NCBI GenBank assembly: GCA_913047375.1 | Contig: CAJWTV010000004.1 | Span: 12,428-76,427 of the forward strand | Direction: 5' to 3' | Length of the DNA: 64,000 nt | Origin: an uncultured Polaribacter sp. | Lineage (GTDB): Bacteria; Bacteroidota; Bacteroidia; Flavobacteriales; Flavobacteriaceae | Shown: positions 60,014-64,000 of the stretch, one piece after another | Position numbering within the stretch: the stretch's first letter is position 1 | Layout of the letters: each line of letters starts with the position of its first letter | Position numbers and translations under genes: made by a program | The notes under the pieces: generated by a model | The model's input: only the letters and a program-made list of their open reading frames with translations | What the model was told of the DNA's origin: nothing | Database searches by the model: none

Positions 60014-60682
60014 TTACCTTATTGGAAAGTTAAAATATCTCTGAGAAAACGGTTCGTTTTTCAGTGTAAAATGCCACCATTCATTTTCATAAGGGGAGAA
60101 ATTATTTTGCAACATAATTGTTCTTAAAAAGAGTCTATTATTTTGTTGATTTATATTAATTTTTTTAGAGCAAGGATGTGATTCAATTCCAAAAAAATCA
60201 TAAATACTACCCATATCTAATTCTTCGTTTGTTTTTAGATCTATAATTGTAAGATCGACTGAACTCCCCCTTGTATGGCCAGATTTTTCGGCAATAAAGC
60301 CTAGTTCAAATAACTTTTTTTTCGGTACTTTAGGGTAAAATATCTTTTTCATTAGTGTATCATTCAAATCTTTTGCCCATTCTACAAAATGGTCTACAGC
60401 TTGTTGTGGTCTGTAGGCATCAAAAACTTTAAGACTCATACTATCTTTTAATAATTCATTTTGAATTTTTTTTAATGCTTTTGCAGCTCTCTCAGATACT
60501 ATTAAAATATTCTTTTTATATCCTTTTATTGGTTTACCAATAAAATTATTATTAGTAAAATATCTTAATTCTTTTCGAATAGAATTATCTATAGTTGAGA
60601 GATAAACAAATCCTTTTGGTAAATTTTGACAAGTTACTGAATAGCTAATAGATACAAATAAAAATGAGTAGAGTATATTCAT
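60014..60682 (-). CDS. D-alanyl-D-alanine dipeptidase (M15D, VanX/DdpX-like) with signal peptide
   Basis: DAYRP, SGHTRGSSVD and EWWHF. Confidence 0.93.
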   Translation of the reverse strand: MNILYSFLFVSISYSVTCQNLPKGFVYLSTIDNSIRKELRYFTNNNFIGKPIKGYKKNILIVSERAAKALKKIQNELLKDSMSLKVFDAYRPQQAVDHFVEWAKDLNDTLMKKIFYPKVPKKKLFELGFIAEKSGHTRGSSVDLTIIDLKTNEELDMGSIYDFFGIESHPCSKKININQQNNRLFLRTIMLQNNFSPYENEWWHFTLKNEPFSQRYFNFPIR

Positions 60683-60731
60683 ATACCAAAAGTACTAAAA
60701 ATAAAAAATTATTAATTAATTTTGAACCATT

Positions 60732-61142
60732 ATGGAACAATTAACATTAACTACACCTGCTCTTTTATTTTCTGCTATATCTTTAATTATGTTAGCCTAC
60801 ACTAATAGATTTCTAGCTTATGCATCCGTTATTAGGAATTTACATGATAAATTTTTAGAAAAAAAAGATGAATCATTAATAAGACAAATTAAAAACTTAA
60901 AATTGCGTTTAAACTTGACAAGGTGGATGCAAATTTTTGGTATTTCTAGTTTACTTTTATGTGTATTAACTATGTTTTTGATATATGTTGGTGAAAAAAA
61001 TATAGCTGTTTGGGTCTTTGGTTTTGCTCTTGTTTTACTTATTATTTCTTTATCACTTTTAATTAAAGAAATTCAGATATCTGCCCAAGCTTTGCAATAT
61101 CATATAGCAGATATAGAAGAATATTTAGAGAATAAGAAATAA
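60732..61142 (+). CDS. DUF2721 membrane protein
   Basis: TPALLFSAISLIMLAYTNRF and EIQIS. Confidence 0.85.
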   Translation: MEQLTLTTPALLFSAISLIMLAYTNRFLAYASVIRNLHDKFLEKKDESLIRQIKNLKLRLNLTRWMQIFGISSLLLCVLTMFLIYVGEKNIAVWVFGFALVLLIISLSLLIKEIQISAQALQYHIADIEEYLENKK

Positions 61143-61301
61143 GTTACCTGAAAAAATTAAATATATTTTCTGGATTATAATGGTATCATTTAATTTATTG
61201 TAAAACTTGATAACTACTGTTAATATTAAGTTTTATCTTATTTATAAGTATATTGTGATCGTGATAATATACTTTTTTATTTAAACTATTAATTACTAGA
61301 A

Positions 61302-61757
61302 ATGAAATTCACACCATCAAAAGTTAATCTTTTTAACCTCATAAAATTACCACTAGCTTATTTTGGAGGTGTCAGGGTGCAATCAATTACTAATAATGAA
61401 GTAACTGTTTCTATAAATCACAAATGGATAAATCAGAATCCATTTAAAAGTATGTTCTGGGCAGCTCAAGGTATGGCTGCTGAAATGCCAACAGGTCTTT
61501 TAGTAATGAAAGCTATAAAAGATTCTGGTAGAAATGTTTCTATGTTAGTTACTTATCAAGAAGCAGAATTTTATAAAAAAGCAACTGGTAAAATTATTTT
61601 TTCTTGTAATGATGGCAATGGAATAAGAGAAGCTATTAAAATTTCAATTAAAACAGGTGAAGGTCAGAAAGTTATATTAACCTCAAAAGGAATAAATGAA
61701 GAAGGTATTATAGTTTCTAAATTTAATTTTCATTGGAGTATTAGAGTCAAAGATTAA
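61302..61757 (+). CDS. DUF4442 hotdog-fold thioesterase-like protein
   Basis: NQNPFKSMFWA and FYKKATG. Confidence 0.85.
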   Translation: MKFTPSKVNLFNLIKLPLAYFGGVRVQSITNNEVTVSINHKWINQNPFKSMFWAAQGMAAEMPTGLLVMKAIKDSGRNVSMLVTYQEAEFYKKATGKIIFSCNDGNGIREAIKISIKTGEGQKVILTSKGINEEGIIVSKFNFHWSIRVKD

Positions 61758-61808
61758 TTAATTTTACGATAAAAATTGTAAATTCGTAAAACCTGAAAAG
61801 AACAATAA

Positions 61809-62885
61809 ATGTTAGATAAAATAAGAATTGTTAAGCAACGTTATGATGAGGTTTCTGATTTAATTATTCAACCAGAAATAATCATGAATCAAAAGCGATA
61901 TGCTCAATTGAGTAAAGAATATAAAGATTTAGGAGACGTTGTTAAAAAGGGAGAGGAATACCAGGTTTTAACCAATAATATTATTGAAGCGAAAGAAATT
62001 CTTTCAGATGGTTCTGATTCTGAGATGAACGAAATGGCGAAAATGGAAATTGAAGAAGCCAATACTAGAATTCCTCAATTAGAAGAAGAGATAAAGTTTT
62101 TATTAATACCAAAAGATCCAGAAGATTCAAAAAATGCTGTAGTAGAACTCAGAGCTGGTACAGGTGGTGACGAAGCAAGTATTTTTGCTGGTGATTTGTT
62201 TAGGATGTATTCTAAATATTGTGAAAGTAAAGGTTGGAAGGTATCAACAGTAGATTACTCTGAGGGTACCAATGGTGGCTTTAAAGAAATACAATTTGAA
62301 GTCAATGGTCCAGATGTATATGGTACTTTAAAATTTGAGGCTGGTGTTCATCGCGTTCAACGTGTACCTCAAACAGAAACTCAAGGTCGTGTTCATACTT
62401 CAGCTGCTACATGTATGGTTTTTCCAGAAGCAGAGGAGTTTGATGTAGAGATAAATCCAAAAGATGTTAGAATAGATTTTTTCTGTTCATCAGGACCTGG
62501 AGGACAATCTGTAAATACTACCTATTCTGCAGTGCGTTTAACACATATGCCAACAGGATTGGTTGCCCAATGTCAAGATCAAAAAAGTCAGCATAAAAAT
62601 AAAGAGAAAGCTTTTAAAGTTTTACGTTCTCGGTTATATGATATGGAATTAGCAAAAAAAAATGCAGAAGATGCACTGAAGCGAGGTTCTATGGTTTCTT
62701 CAGGTGACAGAAGTGCAAAGATTAGAACTTATAATTATTCTCAGGGTCGTGTAACAGATCACAGAATTGGCTTAACATTATATGATTTATCCAATATTGT
62801 AAATGGAGATATTCAAAAAATTATTGATGAATTAATGCTAGCAGAAAATACCGAAAAGTTAAAACAATTAAGTGATGGGTTTTAA
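61809..62885 (+). CDS. prfA: Peptide chain release factor 1
   Basis: GTGGDEA, PQT anticodon motif, GGQ and RTYNY. Confidence 0.98.
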   Translation: MLDKIRIVKQRYDEVSDLIIQPEIIMNQKRYAQLSKEYKDLGDVVKKGEEYQVLTNNIIEAKEILSDGSDSEMNEMAKMEIEEANTRIPQLEEEIKFLLIPKDPEDSKNAVVELRAGTGGDEASIFAGDLFRMYSKYCESKGWKVSTVDYSEGTNGGFKEIQFEVNGPDVYGTLKFEAGVHRVQRVPQTETQGRVHTSAATCMVFPEAEEFDVEINPKDVRIDFFCSSGPGGQSVNTTYSAVRLTHMPTGLVAQCQDQKSQHKNKEKAFKVLRSRLYDMELAKKNAEDALKRGSMVSSGDRSAKIRTYNYSQGRVTDHRIGLTLYDLSNIVNGDIQKIIDELMLAENTEKLKQLSDGF

Positions 62886-63048
62886 AATCTATTTTTAAAA
62901 AAAAAGCCATATAATCCCACTAATTATTACAATTAAAGGGAGTAGAAATATTAATTGACTTATTATAGATTGGAATAAGAATTCAAATCTGTCTTAACGT
63001 TGTTGTATTTAGCTTCAAATGTTATCTAATCTTTTTTTACAGTAATTA

Positions 63049-63630
63049 TTAAGAACCCCTTTGTTTAATAATTTCGTCTTGTAATTGTCTTCTTAATTTT
63101 TGTTCTTTTAATAAAGCTTGCTTTCGCTGCTGCTGCAATTCAAACTCGATATCTATTAATTTTTTTTTGGTTTTTTTAGTTACAATTTCATTATCCTTGA
63201 ATTTAAATATAAAATAGAGTAACCCTGAAATTAAAATAATTATGATTATCCAGAGAAACAAATTATAACTAATCTTACTTATTACGAGGCCAAATAATGA
63301 AATTTTATTTTCTTTTTCTAGAGATATGATTAAGGCTAATTCGCTTTTTTCTAACTGCTTTTTTAGCTTTTTTAGCTTTTCTTCTTCTTTATTTAAAAGA
63401 TCTACATTATTAGATAATAGTTTTTTGTATTTCTTGAGACTATCTAATGCATTTAGTTTTAAATCTTGAAAATATACTTTTTTAATTATTTTATATTTTT
63501 CATAACTATTAGATACCTTATAAACATTATTAAATTGAATTTCTAAAGTCTCATTTCCATTGTTAATACTCTGAGCATACGTTGATGCACATGATATAAT
63601 TATAATTAAGATCTGTAATATTGATTTCAT
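63049..63630 (-). CDS. Conserved hypothetical membrane protein with coiled coils
   Basis: Signal peptide, coiled coil, one TM helix, EQKLRRQLQDE C-terminus. Confidence 0.75.
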   Translation of the reverse strand: MKSILQILIIIISCASTYAQSINNGNETLEIQFNNVYKVSNSYEKYKIIKKVYFQDLKLNALDSLKKYKKLLSNNVDLLNKEEEKLKKLKKQLEKSELALIISLEKENKISLFGLVISKISYNLFLWIIIIILISGLLYFIFKFKDNEIVTKKTKKKLIDIEFELQQQRKQALLKEQKLRRQLQDEIIKQRGS

Positions 63631-63660
63631 CTATTTTGCTTTTTAAAATATAAAGTTAAT

Positions 63661-63690
63661 AAAAAAACCCAAACGACAGTTTGGGTTTTT
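63661..63690 (-). terminator. Intrinsic terminator after rplT
   Basis: AAAAACCCAAAC/GTTTGGGTTTTT stem with T-run on the minus strand. Confidence 0.88.
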
Positions 63691-63711
63691 AATATAAGCA
63701 AGTATTAATAT

Positions 63712-64000
63712 TTATTTAATTTTCTCTACAACAGCCTTAAAAGTTTCAGGATTGTTCATAGCTAAATCAGCTAAAACCTTACGGTTTAATTCGATATTAT
63801 TAGCTTTCACTTTTCCCATAAACTGAGAGTAAGACATTCCGTGTAAACGAGCTGCTGCGTTGATACGCACAATCCATAATGAACGAAAGTTTCTCTTATT
63901 GTTTTTACGGTCACGGTATGCATAAAGCATTCCTTTTTCAACCGCATTTTTTGCTACTGTGTAAACGTTTTTTCTACGTCCAAAGTACCCTTTTGCTGCC
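63712..64000 (-). CDS. rplT: 50S ribosomal protein L20 (5' truncated by window)
   Basis: [42 protein letters not shown]. Confidence 0.97.
   Translation of the reverse strand, partial: AAKGYFGRRKNVYTVAKNAVEKGMLYAYRDRKNNKRNFRSLWIVRINAAARLHGMSYSQFMGKVKANNIELNRKVLADLAMNNPETFKAVVEKIK

Noticed and set aside
60014-60682. VanX-like gene as a vancomycin-resistance determinant
   Set aside because: No vanH/vanA/vanRS genes are nearby; it is a housekeeping-type M15D dipeptidase in a Gram-negative host.
1-64000. tRNA, rRNA, CRISPR arrays, transposases, prophage or defence genes
   Set aside because: I recognised none; intergenic gaps are short and lack repeat-spacer or cloverleaf patterns.

Overview
AT-rich chromosomal segment of a marine Flavobacteriaceae bacterium (Polaribacter/Tenacibaculum-like, judged from protein sequences, gene order and TAnnTTTG promoters). 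It is mostly core genome: an rsfS-ftsH-cdsA-psd-ACBP lipid operon, birA, pyrE, SulP, an IorAB-type molybdoenzyme pair, peptidases, a VWA/AAA+ pair, htpG, fabH, lpxK, pyrR-pyrB-rnz, tandem DUF368-aroE, pdxH, recR, a complete heme pathway cluster (hemA, hemC-D fusion, hemB, hemL, hemE, hemF, hemH, hemJ) with an AraC regulator, 2-oxoacid dehydrogenase genes, prfA and partial rplT. I saw no rRNA, tRNA, CRISPR array or mobile element. The most notable signal is a small His/Cys-rich secretory leader ORF ending in LRGPP, a RAPP-class ribosome-arrest motif. It is followed by a terminator-like hairpin and then a metal-type TonB-dependent receptor plus lipoprotein, making it a candidate metal-sensing arrest-peptide attenuator. 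Also notable are a Fur-box-like palindrome and candidate AraC sites in the heme-cluster divergon, and an unannotated NUDIX gene relic overlapping the pyrE promoter. All family assignments come from motif recognition; no searches were run.
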